A stretch of DNA of 64,000 nt, taken from positions 4,512,001-4,576,000 of the forward strand of contig OZ244048.1 of NCBI GenBank assembly GCA_965215265.1. The letters run 5' to 3'. The stretch comes from Candidatus Poribacteria bacterium. GTDB taxonomy: Bacteria > Poribacteria > WGA-4E > WGA-3G. Below the pieces are notes generated by a model. That model did no database searches and had not been told where the DNA came from. It worked only from the letters and a program-made list of their open reading frames with translations. The position numbers and the translations under genes are program-made. Position 1 is the stretch's first letter. Each line of letters begins with the position of its first letter. This document shows, piece after piece, positions 50,920 to 61,142 of this stretch.

Positions 50920-52172
50920 TGACTCAAGGATGCCAGATGTCCGTACAAACTTATATTAAGAACAACCAAACCGCACTTTGTGCCTTACTACAAGAACTCG
51001 TCAGAATTCCGACTGTCAACCCACCCGGTAATGATTATGACAAGTTTGTTGCCGTGCTTGAGGAAAAATGCCGCGAACTCCGCATGCAAACGCAAATCGT
51101 TCCGGTGCCTCTTGACTATGCAAACCAATTCACCCCCAATGCCAAAAGTCACCCGCGTCTCAACCTAATCGCGCATTGGGATGTCGGGGCAGAAAAAACG
51201 GTGCATTTCAACGCACACTACGACATCGTCCCGGTCTCCGGAGACTGGCAGTTTGACCCTTTCGGCGGCGATATTGCTGACGAGTGGCTTTACGGCCGCG
51301 GGGCTGATGATATGAAGGATGCCATCGCTGCATTACTCTTCGCGATTAAAGCCATTCAAGAGACTGGCGGGAAACCGCGCTTCAACATTGAATGTTCTTT
51401 TACATGCGACGAAGAAACCGGCGGAGACCTTGGTGCGGGCTATATCACAAAACAAGGTTTGGTGAAAGCCGATTACATTGTTAATTGCGAAGGCGGCGGC
51501 GGTATGACCATCGGGAACGGACATAACGGTGTGCTCTGGATGGACATCACTGTCAATGGGAAGGCAGCACACGGCTCGCAACCGCACAAAGGTATAAACG
51601 CCTTTGAGAAAACAGCAGAACTCATAACAGCACTCCAACGGCTCAAACGTGGATTGAAATCACCGACGCGCGCTTTCACCCTCACTGACGGCACTGAACG
51701 GTACCCGACGCTGAATATTGGCGGCACGTTTCGCGGTACTGACGGAGACAAAATCAATACAGTTCCAGCACAAGTTATATTCTCAATTGACCGGCGGGTT
51801 ACTCCTAATGAAACACTCCAGAACGCGGAATTGGAATTGCGAGAAGCTATCTCAGGTGCGTGTGAATACTATTCAGAACTACAAGCGGATGTGGAAGCTA
51901 TCTTGCAGATTGAACCCTGCTTAACAGACGCAACATCCGCGCTCGCACAAACGTTCGCGCGAGCCGTACGCATTGTCCGATTCAATCAACCACAATTTAA
52001 ACCCACAACCGGTTTCACCGATCTGCATTTTTTTGTCAATACAGGTCTTCCCGGAATTGGCTACGGACCACGCGGCGAAGGAGGACACGCCATAGACGAA
52101 CGCGTGCACATTCCCGACTTAGTCAAGACCGCTGCTATTTACGCAACCTTTATGATACGCGACGGTCTTTAG
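50919..52172 (+). CDS. M20 (ArgE/DapE-like) metallohydrolase
   Basis: HYDIV, GRGADDMK, DEE and HAIDE motifs. Confidence 0.9.
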   Translation: MTQGCQMSVQTYIKNNQTALCALLQELVRIPTVNPPGNDYDKFVAVLEEKCRELRMQTQIVPVPLDYANQFTPNAKSHPRLNLIAHWDVGAEKTVHFNAHYDIVPVSGDWQFDPFGGDIADEWLYGRGADDMKDAIAALLFAIKAIQETGGKPRFNIECSFTCDEETGGDLGAGYITKQGLVKADYIVNCEGGGGMTIGNGHNGVLWMDITVNGKAAHGSQPHKGINAFEKTAELITALQRLKRGLKSPTRAFTLTDGTERYPTLNIGGTFRGTDGDKINTVPAQVIFSIDRRVTPNETLQNAELELREAISGACEYYSELQADVEAILQIEPCLTDATSALAQTFARAVRIVRFNQPQFKPTTGFTDLHFFVNTGLPGIGYGPRGEGGHAIDERVHIPDLVKTAAIYATFMIRDGL

Positions 52173-52206
52173 AAAACGCATGACAACACTGGGACTGAAA
52201 TAGAAC

Positions 52207-52518
52207 ATGGAAAAGAAATTCCAGAGACAGATCGAAAATTTCAGTTGCGGAAATTGCGGCACGTTCGTCACCGGCGACGGATACACAAACCATTGCCCAG
52301 AATGCCTCTGGAGCCGACACGTCGATGTCAATCCCGGAGATAGGGCTGAAAATTGTGGAGGTTTAATGGAGCCCGTGGCGGTTATCCAAAAACAGCAGAA
52401 TTACATACTCATCCACCGCTGCACGAAGTGTGGCATAAAAAAAAGAAACAGAACGTCAAAAACGGACAACTTTGACGCAGTTATTTCCATTCTAAAAGGA
52501 GAATATTGGCGGTTGTAA
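52207..52518 (+). CDS. RNHCP domain protein
   Basis: CGNCG...NHCPECLWSRHVD..PGDR...C.GLM motifs. Confidence 0.88.
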   Translation: MEKKFQRQIENFSCGNCGTFVTGDGYTNHCPECLWSRHVDVNPGDRAENCGGLMEPVAVIQKQQNYILIHRCTKCGIKKRNRTSKTDNFDAVISILKGEYWRL

Positions 52519-52586
52519 AGCACCCTGGCGCGTCGATTTAACCCAAAAACCGAGTGCCTCGCTAACTTCATCCAATATGACCAACT

Positions 52587-53486
52587 ATGAATAAATTTTA
52601 TATAACTGCTTTCGTTGTTAGCGCGCTCGCGATAATTACACTCTCCCTTTTTCTTTACGCAACTTCCAACACCTTGAAAGCGGTCCGCGGGGAATTGGCA
52701 GCATCGCAAACAGCACGACAGAAAACAGAAACAGAAAAGAAGAACTTAGAGAATGAATTAGAAGATATCCAAAGTACCCTAGGAGCAACACGCTTAGAAC
52801 TCAGCCAAACGCAAGAGATATTGCAAAACGCAAGCGAAGCCGCCCGAAATATCGCTACCGAACGGAACGCACTCCGCGAAGAGAAAAGCACCCTTGAACA
52901 AGAAAAACAGCAGCTCCGCACAAAATTGAACGAAATTGAAGCCGAATTGAAGCGGATCCGGATTCAATCCCAACGCTCAATTGTAGCCATTCAAGAAAAA
53001 TTTAAAGACACGGTCGGGGCAGTATTAGATGATGCCGGACGGTTAAAACTTGACGTGAAAGGGAAAATCCTGTTTGAAACCGGTAAAGCCACTTTAAGTG
53101 CAGAAGGCAAGCAGCTCCTGGATGCAATTGCACAAGAAGTTTTGCTAAACCCCAACTATGCAGATTATATTATCCGGATTGAAGGGCATACGGACAATAC
53201 GCCTATCGGCGGTGACGCATTGCGAAACTGGGAACTTTCAACCGATCGAGCCGTCGCCGCAGTAAAATACCTCCAAGTGCACGCGAACGTGGATGCCCAT
53301 CGCCTTACAGCAACAGGACACGCTTTCTACCAGCCGATCTATACAGCCAACACCTCAGAAGCGAAGGCAAAAAACCGGAGAATCGAAATTATCCTCGTAC
53401 CACCACAAGATTTCTTATTAGAGCTGCTTACATCTGTCCAAAATGTCATGAAATCCCTTCAGAAAACAGAAAGTCAACAAGAATAA
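52587..53486 (+). CDS. OmpA/MotB-family protein with a coiled coil
   Basis: IEGHTDN, NWELSTDRA and NRRIEI motifs. Confidence 0.9.
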   Translation: MNKFYITAFVVSALAIITLSLFLYATSNTLKAVRGELAASQTARQKTETEKKNLENELEDIQSTLGATRLELSQTQEILQNASEAARNIATERNALREEKSTLEQEKQQLRTKLNEIEAELKRIRIQSQRSIVAIQEKFKDTVGAVLDDAGRLKLDVKGKILFETGKATLSAEGKQLLDAIAQEVLLNPNYADYIIRIEGHTDNTPIGGDALRNWELSTDRAVAAVKYLQVHANVDAHRLTATGHAFYQPIYTANTSEAKAKNRRIEIILVPPQDFLLELLTSVQNVMKSLQKTESQQE

Positions 53487-53498
53487 TCACAGCCATGC

Positions 53499-54371
53499 CT
53501 ATTTTTCGGTGTGCTGCCCCTTAGCCCCTTGCATCACCAGCCGCTTTGTCTCCGCAATCTGTTCTATGATACGCTCGTTCGTCCATGAAACCGATACAAA
53601 ATAGCGGAGTTCTTCAGGATTACTCAAACTTTCAACACCAAATGTTGTTTGAAGCCCGCTTGCGGCAATATGCCGCATCGCAGCGTTAACGCTAATGCCA
53701 TCAAATTCTACGCTTAGCGTGATATCTCCCTTCGCAAATACAGGGTGGAATTCAGTACTCATCCCTGCAAACAACCCGACTGGGAAATCACCGGGGGCAA
53801 AACGTGCTGTGCCAAGCCCTATATGCCCCGAAATAAGGTGGATCCGAGGAAGATTAAACGTTTTACTCACAACAAGAAAGGCAGCACGCTCGCGCGAAAC
53901 TGGATTTTCTAATAGAGCAGACGGACCTGCCTTTGCTAACTTCAAGTTCTCAACCCCGATTGCTACACCCGGAATCATCCCAGGTTCCTTTTCCTTTACT
54001 AGTTGTACCTTCAGGGCTGCTAATTGTAAGGTAGCATCTCCGTTATCCAATTGCACGTCAGGCACAAAAGACTGATACCAGAGGTAGGATAACCCAATCT
54101 CACCTCTATCAAACATGCCGAAGTTAAGACGAAGAGCTGTCTCATCCCGTAGAAGTCGTGATGAATTTTGGAAGGCGATGTGCGTTCCGACTCCGAATGT
54201 CCCGTGTCTTAGCACATCACCCGTCGGGATATTCATCAAACCGCTCTCCGTAAACTTGTCTGCCATAACCACCCCGTTCGGGGCGATGACACATACCAAG
54301 CACAGAAGACAGGCGTTTATAAGGTAGTAAAGAGGAAAACTGCCCTGCGAGCGCCGCTGGTAAACAGCCAT
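53499..54371 (-). CDS. Hypothetical exported protein (YjbH-like beta-strand-rich)
   Basis: Signal peptide; GLMNIPT motif; amphipathic strands. Confidence 0.6.
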   Translation of the reverse strand: MAVYQRRSQGSFPLYYLINACLLCLVCVIAPNGVVMADKFTESGLMNIPTGDVLRHGTFGVGTHIAFQNSSRLLRDETALRLNFGMFDRGEIGLSYLWYQSFVPDVQLDNGDATLQLAALKVQLVKEKEPGMIPGVAIGVENLKLAKAGPSALLENPVSRERAAFLVVSKTFNLPRIHLISGHIGLGTARFAPGDFPVGLFAGMSTEFHPVFAKGDITLSVEFDGISVNAAMRHIAASGLQTTFGVESLSNPEELRYFVSVSWTNERIIEQIAETKRLVMQGAKGQHTEK

Positions 54372-55090
54372 TAATGTTTCTCCATATACCGAATCCCCGT
54401 AGATGTCCCGATAATAATTTTGTCTGCGCGATTTACGAAAATCCCATTTTCTACCACACCCGGTATATTGTTCAGTTGCGATTCGATCCGCGCAGGCTCT
54501 GCAATTCCATCAAAATGGCAATCAAGGATATAATTTCCATTATCGGTAATAAGTGGACGTTCGTTTTTCTTGCGCAATGTTGACTTTTCACAGAGCTGAT
54601 TGACAACCTCCTGTGTAACTTGCCAGCCGAATCTTACAATCTCTACGGGAAGTGCGAAGGTTGTACCCAGCACCTTAGAGCACTTGCTCTGATCGACCAC
54701 AATTAATATTCGTTTAGAGACGTTGGCGATAATCTTTTCTCGGACTAACGCCGCCCCACCGCCTTTAATCAGATTGAGGTGAGCGTCAACTTCATCGGCA
54801 CCGTCGATGGTCAGATCTATTGCAGGATGCCTTGCGAACGTTGAAAGCGGGATCCCTTGCACTGTAGCAATTTCTTCGGTACCGCCGGAGGTAGGAACCC
54901 CAACAATGTCTAAGCCTGCCTCAACCATCATGCCAAGCTTTAAGAGCGCGTAATAGACAGTTGACCCGGTGCCTAATCCGACAACCATTCCGGATCGGAT
55001 TTCCTCAGCAGCTCTTTCTGCAGCAATTTTTTTCTGGTGTTCGATGTTCATAACGGGTATAAGTCTATCAGAAACGTGTTTTGGAATCAA
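54371..55090 (-). CDS. rpiA: Ribose-5-phosphate isomerase A (start may be ATG 55051)
   Basis: GLGTGST, DGADE, KGGG and REKI motifs. Confidence 0.97.
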   Translation of the reverse strand: MIPKHVSDRLIPVMNIEHQKKIAAERAAEEIRSGMVVGLGTGSTVYYALLKLGMMVEAGLDIVGVPTSGGTEEIATVQGIPLSTFARHPAIDLTIDGADEVDAHLNLIKGGGAALVREKIIANVSKRILIVVDQSKCSKVLGTTFALPVEIVRFGWQVTQEVVNQLCEKSTLRKKNERPLITDNGNYILDCHFDGIAEPARIESQLNNIPGVVENGIFVNRADKIIIGTSTGIRYMEKH

Positions 55091-55365
55091 GGCACAAATT
55101 CCTGCTTTCTCGGGTTATTTCGTTTCCAACATGTTCTCAAATTTGCGAAGATGTCAGACACAGGATAGCCTTTCTATAGTGCGATTTTTCGATTTAGCCT
55201 TCGTTCTTAGCGGCGAACTAAATCGCCCTACCTGCCCTCAATTTTAATTTGACTTTTTTTCTGTTTTATAATACGATAAAATTACATTCCATAATTTTCT
55301 CAATTTCTAAATATGAAAACGCTACGTGGAGAGAGAACACGTACTAATTCAACAGGAGAAAAGCA

Positions 55366-56667
55366 TTGCACAAGCATAATCGCCAAACGTTTATTGAGAA
55401 GATGGGGCCCCGCGGCGTTGCTATCTTCGCGAGTACAGCCCCAGCTATGCAAAATCACGATACCGAATATGTGTATCGTCCGGACCCGAATTTTTATTAC
55501 CTCACAGGTTTTGAAGAACCTGAGGCGATTTGCGTCATCGCTCCTGAACATCCGAATCATCAATATATCCTGTTTGTTCGTCCTAAAGACAAGCAGGCCG
55601 AAATCTGGACCGGAAAACGGGTCGGTGTCGTAAACGCTCGTACGCAATATGGTGCAGATAAAGTATATCCGATAGAGGACTTTGGTGAGGCAATTGAGAG
55701 ATACTTACGAAATGCGGAAAGGCTTTACTATACACTCGGTTCCAATGAAGAGGTTGACACGAAAATCTTCGAGTTATTCAGGCAATCCGTTAGGCGAAAA
55801 ATCCGCACTGGAAAAGGTATCTCTACGTTAGTCGACCCGTACCCAATTCTCAGTGAACTGCGCTTAGTAAAAAATAATGAGGAAATCCAGCGCATCCGCA
55901 AGGCAACAGAGGTTACAGCAGCAGGACACTTGGCAGCAATGCAGGCAGTACACCCGGGCATATATGAATACGAGTTAGAGGCAATAGTTGATGCTACATT
56001 CCGAAAGAAAGGAGCTAACGGCACAGCCTTTCCAACCATTGTCGCCAGCGGCGCGAACGCAACAACGCTCCACTACACAACCAATGCCTGCCAGATCGAG
56101 GACGGCAGCCTTGTTCTCATAGACGCAGGTGCAGAATACAACCGGTACTGTGGAGATGTTACTCGCACTTTTCCTGCCAGCGGCACCTTCACTGATGCCC
56201 AACGGCACATCTACCAACTTGTGCTTGATGCCCAATACGCAATTATTGACACTATAAGCCCCGGGGTCTCAATTGACGAACCGCACCAAAAATCTATTGA
56301 CTTTTTGACAGAGGGGATGCTCAGCCTCGGGCTCTTAACCGGGGAAAAACAAAAATTAGTGAAGACAGGGGCATACGAAGAGTTTTATATGTACCGGGTT
56401 GGGCATATGCTCGGTCTGGATGTGCATGATGTTAACTGTGTACACGAACCCAACGGTGAGTTTAAAACCTTCCAACCGGGAATGATTATGACAATAGAAC
56501 CAGGCCTTTACGTCGCCGCCGATACAAAAGGAGTGCCTCCTGAATATCTCGGAATCGGCGTGCGAATTGAAGACGATATCCTCGTTACCGAATCCGGTTG
56601 TGAAGTGCTAACTGACACTGTCCCAAAAGAAATCGAGGCTGTTGAGCAGTTTGTACAAGATCGCTAG
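55366..56667 (+). CDS. pepP: Xaa-Pro aminopeptidase
   Basis: FYYLTG, LHY, DVTRTFP, GLDVHD, EPGLY and RIEDD motifs. Confidence 0.92.
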   Translation: MHKHNRQTFIEKMGPRGVAIFASTAPAMQNHDTEYVYRPDPNFYYLTGFEEPEAICVIAPEHPNHQYILFVRPKDKQAEIWTGKRVGVVNARTQYGADKVYPIEDFGEAIERYLRNAERLYYTLGSNEEVDTKIFELFRQSVRRKIRTGKGISTLVDPYPILSELRLVKNNEEIQRIRKATEVTAAGHLAAMQAVHPGIYEYELEAIVDATFRKKGANGTAFPTIVASGANATTLHYTTNACQIEDGSLVLIDAGAEYNRYCGDVTRTFPASGTFTDAQRHIYQLVLDAQYAIIDTISPGVSIDEPHQKSIDFLTEGMLSLGLLTGEKQKLVKTGAYEEFYMYRVGHMLGLDVHDVNCVHEPNGEFKTFQPGMIMTIEPGLYVAADTKGVPPEYLGIGVRIEDDILVTESGCEVLTDTVPKEIEAVEQFVQDR

Positions 56668-56758
56668 TAAAACTTAGAAAGCGGTCTTCCGATCTCTTAT
56701 TTTACAACATAGCCCAAGAAGTCAGCCGTAAGCTCATACTTCTTATAGGAGGGAACTG

Positions 56759-57298
56759 ATGAAAAAGAAATTGTCCGGTATGAACAAATATCAGAAGAGA
56801 TCGCATCGCCGACGGGAAGACCGGTTGCGCGGCAATGAAGTGGAATACTATCTCGCCCTTGCCTATTCCGAGAATCCTGACGAACGCGTCCGCGCCATGG
56901 AAAACCTCTGTCCCTGTCACGTGCGAAAACGGATTAACAAAGTCTGGGTAGCATTATACAAGGGTATGGTAGATCCGGACCTACGGGTCCGCCGAGCCGC
57001 GTGGCACACACTCGAGGATGGAGGGAATCCAAACGACCCACGGCTCCAGCCACTCCTTGAAAAAATCGTAAAGGAAGAAACCGACAAAAAACTCCGTAAA
57101 CTCGCGCTCGACCTAATCGCATCCACTCGAAAATTGGAAGACCAAAAAGCTTCGCTCCTCGAGCAGAGAGCGCACTATTTTTTCGCGAAATGCGACTGGT
57201 GTGGTGAGAAAAACATACCAGTCACTCATGATTACGAAACTGAACTTGACGTGAATGGAACGAAACGGTTCGCGCTAACTTGTGAAAATTGTCTATAG
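56759..57298 (+). CDS. HEAT-repeat protein with a CPCH motif and a C-terminal CxxC...CxxC
   Basis: D.D..VR..A HEAT-like units; GGAGG SD. Confidence 0.75.
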   Translation: MKKKLSGMNKYQKRSHRRREDRLRGNEVEYYLALAYSENPDERVRAMENLCPCHVRKRINKVWVALYKGMVDPDLRVRRAAWHTLEDGGNPNDPRLQPLLEKIVKEETDKKLRKLALDLIASTRKLEDQKASLLEQRAHYFFAKCDWCGEKNIPVTHDYETELDVNGTKRFALTCENCL

Positions 57299-57545
57299 AC
57301 AACCTCAAATGCTGTCTGACTCTAGTGACACCGATGACAGATGACAGAGATAAAGAGGGTTGAAAGGCATATCGACTTGTGGGTAAGAGTAAGCCGCCTA
57401 CGGTGGGCTAGGGGTGCTCATCCTAAGAACACCTTATCGCTTGAATCTCTAAAAAAATAGGATTTTTTCGTGACATTTTTTTTCAACTTATGTTATACTT
57501 TCGGCAAAAGGGCTCGAATGCAATATGCCAAGGGTTAGGAGGGAC

Positions 57546-57640
57546 GCCATCGCTCCAATATTTAACCAAAAACGTAATATTAATATAAGTGTTGAGCCTG
57601 TCTTAACATGATGCCATCGCTCCAATATTTAACCAAAAAC
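57546..57640. repeat. Perfect 28-bp direct repeat pair with a 39-nt spacer
   Basis: gccatcgctccaatatttaaccaaaaac at 57546-57573 and 57613-57640. Confidence 0.9.
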
Positions 57641-57754
57641 CCTCAGGAATATCAAATTAAGGTAAAACAGAGAGAAGTTGATGATTGACTTGATAAGGTA
57701 ATAAAAGAGGATAAAACTGTTCGATAATCAATCTACAGAGGAAGGATAATAAGC

Positions 57755-58861
57755 ATGAAAAAGTTTTTTGTTCTATTAATCTCGCTGATGTTAACGATGT
57801 TTTGCATGGATTCCTATGCGTTCGTCGTAGAAACAATTTTCTTCAAGCCTACCGATGCAGACGTTGTTTCAGACGCTAAAATATCAGGCTTGGTGAAAGA
57901 TGCGCAAGAGTTATATGCCAGCGAGATGGATTTGCAAGGTTTCGGGAGAAAGACTTTCAATGTTGAAAAAGACTTAAACGGGGATGTGAAAGTACATAGG
58001 GTCAACGGTAGGCATGAATCGCGACATTACTCTAATAATGCCTGGCAAAAAATTTTACCAGAGCTACCTAATAGGTTTAATCCTACTACTGCTCCCTGGG
58101 ACAAGCAGGACAATATACGTCTAATCATAGTAGGCGGTGTAGTCGTTTTTGACGGCAGGGCTTGGGGCTATGGGTGGCCGCGCCATAGCACCAGATATGG
58201 CGGCAGCCTGCTAGTAGCGGCAAATAGTGGTCATCTGAATGTGAGCGTTATAGCCCACGAGATAGGACACTGTTTCGGTTTATATCATAAGCCTGAAGGG
58301 AGCGATCCAGACCCCCCTTCTCTTGAACATTACGAGGCACGATGGCTGGATAAGCATTACCATTTCAATAATAGAGCCAATAACTTTACTTTTCCAAAAA
58401 TTGACACAGGCCGCCCAAAAATGACCGCGCTACAGGAAAATAAAGTGAAGTTTGAGTTAGGTGTCTCTAGCAATCATGGTCTGCATCAAGCGATGATATT
58501 CAGAAAGTCTGATATTAGGGTTATAGATTGGGATTATCTGAACGGTGAGAATAGGGACACAATCACACTTCATGCAGATCGGCACGAATGGGCAAATGAA
58601 ATGGTATTAGAGGTAATGGACGAACTTGGGAACTATACAATGAAAGACGTTTTCGTGTCTCTACCAGAATCCGAGAAGGTAGAGCGTGAAAATAAGAATC
58701 CTGATTTGAATTTCGACAAAGAAGTCGAAGAGAACCCCGATAAAGAAGTCGAAGAGAATCCCGACAAAGAAGTCGAAGAAAAAATCGTTGACAGTGAGCC
58801 CCGGACTACCAGTCCAAGAGGCAAAATAGCAACAACTTGGGCAAGTCTGAAAATGAGGTAA
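57755..58861 (+). CDS. Secreted zinc metallopeptidase-like protein with a Poribacteria-type C-terminal motif
   Basis: Signal peptide; HEIGHCFGLYH; DKEVEENP repeats; PRGKIATTWASLK. Confidence 0.8.
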   Translation: MKKFFVLLISLMLTMFCMDSYAFVVETIFFKPTDADVVSDAKISGLVKDAQELYASEMDLQGFGRKTFNVEKDLNGDVKVHRVNGRHESRHYSNNAWQKILPELPNRFNPTTAPWDKQDNIRLIIVGGVVVFDGRAWGYGWPRHSTRYGGSLLVAANSGHLNVSVIAHEIGHCFGLYHKPEGSDPDPPSLEHYEARWLDKHYHFNNRANNFTFPKIDTGRPKMTALQENKVKFELGVSSNHGLHQAMIFRKSDIRVIDWDYLNGENRDTITLHADRHEWANEMVLEVMDELGNYTMKDVFVSLPESEKVERENKNPDLNFDKEVEENPDKEVEENPDKEVEEKIVDSEPRTTSPRGKIATTWASLKMR

Positions 58862-59503
58862 TTTTTCAAAACCGGACACTTATAAGAGGATTTACACAAG
58901 CATCTGATAGGCTTCTTATATAGTCACGCCGAGGCCCGCCGATTCATAGAAAATTGAATCGCCTATTTTGAGAACGTTGCCACCGCCCAAACGCTTGAGG
59001 AGATTCAATGGGACGACTACCCTCACGCGGGATAACATTGAGAAAAGGGAAGAGTTAGCTTAGACAATGGCAAAATATCTCTTCCAACAAGGGGAGGTCC
59101 ACGGGGAAGCACGTCAGGAAAACACCCTCAAAAAGGCTGTCACAGTGTCTCTGGCAAGATGGCACTTTTACCTTCGCTTGTCGCTGATTCTTACCTAAAT
59201 AACTCGTCCCCGAACACAGGCAACTGCCTGCACTGCACGCAACATGCACCACTAGCTGCCCATTGGTAGGGATTTAGGGCAAACCCGGAATCTCTACTCC
59301 TATGTCCTCAACAGAAGGTCCTGCTCGTAAGGGCGCTTTTCTTCCGCCTCACAAGGTGATATGTTCATAGGCAGATTACACCGACGAAGCAGATAGATGA
59401 AAACATGCAAGTTCAACACGAGATGCCCTATTAAATCTGAAAAAAACGTGTTTCTAAAAAAAATGAAGAACATGTCCAATTCACACAACTAATATATTAT
59501 CAG

Positions 59504-60091
59504 TTGAATAAACGTAAGGATGCAGACTTAACAATGATACCCGATGATGTTTACGTGCATAAAACAGTAGAGGGTGATGCTGAAGCCTTTAACGAACTGG
59601 TCAATCGTCATCATACAAAGATTTATGGACTCGCGTATCGGATACTCGGCAACACCGAAGATGCCGCCGATGCAACCCAGGAAACCTTTTTAGAGGCGTA
59701 CAAATCGATTAAATCGTTTCAATTTCAATCGCAGTTCGGAACATGGCTCTATAGAATTGGGATTAACACTTGTCAACAGTATATCCGGAAGGCGCAATCC
59801 CGTGAACGGACGCTTACTGCTTACACAGATGAAGTTGAGATCCGCGGCATAGCCTCTGAAGAATACTCACCTGAGCGAATGATGCTTAAAAAAGAGCAAA
59901 ATCAGATCGTTCAGGATGCCATTAATCGGTTACCACCCAAGCAAAGAGAGGTAGTTACGTTATTCTATATGCAACACCTCAAGTACCGAGAAATCGCGGA
60001 GGTTTTAAACTGTTCAGAAGGAACCGTTGCCTCGCGTTTGAATCAGGCTTTGAAAAATCTCAAGGTGAAATTGAGTAAATACTACCTCTGA
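59504..60091 (+). CDS. ECF RNA polymerase sigma factor
   Basis: DAADATQETF, FGTWLYRI and EIAEVL...GTVASRL motifs. Confidence 0.93.
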   Translation: MNKRKDADLTMIPDDVYVHKTVEGDAEAFNELVNRHHTKIYGLAYRILGNTEDAADATQETFLEAYKSIKSFQFQSQFGTWLYRIGINTCQQYIRKAQSRERTLTAYTDEVEIRGIASEEYSPERMMLKKEQNQIVQDAINRLPPKQREVVTLFYMQHLKYREIAEVLNCSEGTVASRLNQALKNLKVKLSKYYL

Positions 60092-60160
60092 GGGATTTCA
60101 ATATGAACGTGTAGGAGTGAATTCCAGAGCTCCAAACCTTAAGTATTTCAAATTAGAAAC

Positions 60161-60853
60161 ATGAAAATGAATTGTGAACAGACTCGTACCAACTTAGTCT
60201 TACACCATCAAGATTCTACGTTGACAAATCGCTCTTTGCAACATTTGCGTATGTGTCCGGCGTGTCAGATGGATTATGAGGCGTTGTGGCATACAGCAAC
60301 AGTACTGGAAAATGTGGAGGAACCGGTGCCGCCGCCAGAGCTCGTCGCTAAGATTCAAGCCAGCGTTCGAAGTCTTCATAAACGGCGGCATATTGCGTTC
60401 TTTGCTAATCCGTTAGCGTGGTGCCTAGACCGTTTGAAGCTGGAGTTGTCCCCTAAATTTGTCAACTCTATGGCGTTGCTTTTCTATCTGATTGCTTCCG
60501 GTTTTATAGTAAAATTGGCATTCTTTACGAGCCCACCAGCACGAGAGCTCGGCTTAACTGCAATGGAAGAAGCACGTCTGCGGAACGTGCGGGTCTCTCC
60601 GGCTTCTTGGGCACTGATTAAAGGCAAAACAGCAGATCCGGCAGATACAATCCCAGCGAAACCCTACCGCGACGACAATATTTCTCATGCCGATAATATG
60701 TGGAATCTGCGTAGTACGAATACTGAAAAACTAACGTGGCACCAAGGCCACAGCCTGCAGTTCCTTCATATTGAAAATGTGCCCTCTCTTAGCACAATCG
60801 ATGTCAGCCAAAAGTTGACGGTATTTTGGAACCACATTAAAACAGAGCTGTAA
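60161..60853 (+). CDS. Zinc-binding membrane anti-sigma factor
   Basis: C...HLRMCPAC (HxxxCxxC) plus a TM helix, downstream of the ECF sigma. Confidence 0.8.
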   Translation: MKMNCEQTRTNLVLHHQDSTLTNRSLQHLRMCPACQMDYEALWHTATVLENVEEPVPPPELVAKIQASVRSLHKRRHIAFFANPLAWCLDRLKLELSPKFVNSMALLFYLIASGFIVKLAFFTSPPARELGLTAMEEARLRNVRVSPASWALIKGKTADPADTIPAKPYRDDNISHADNMWNLRSTNTEKLTWHQGHSLQFLHIENVPSLSTIDVSQKLTVFWNHIKTEL

Positions 60854-61142
60854 TTTCGAATGTATCGTCAACTCCGAAAACATATTGACATTTAATGAAC
60901 AACAGCTCTACTTCGTTCACAAGGATTGTCCAGCGCGCCATGATGTCAGTGTATAAATAATTATAGATTTTACTATAAAATTTGTTACAGTTCGCCGTTC
61001 AAAAGCCTGCCCTCTGCGTGCATCTCCTCTTATCCTGCAAATCGTAAAATCCTGTCCATCCTGATTCAACGAGAATTTCTGATTACAAGCTACCTAAAGC
61101 AGTTGGGTGCTTCGGAACGTTTGGCAACACAACATCTGATAC

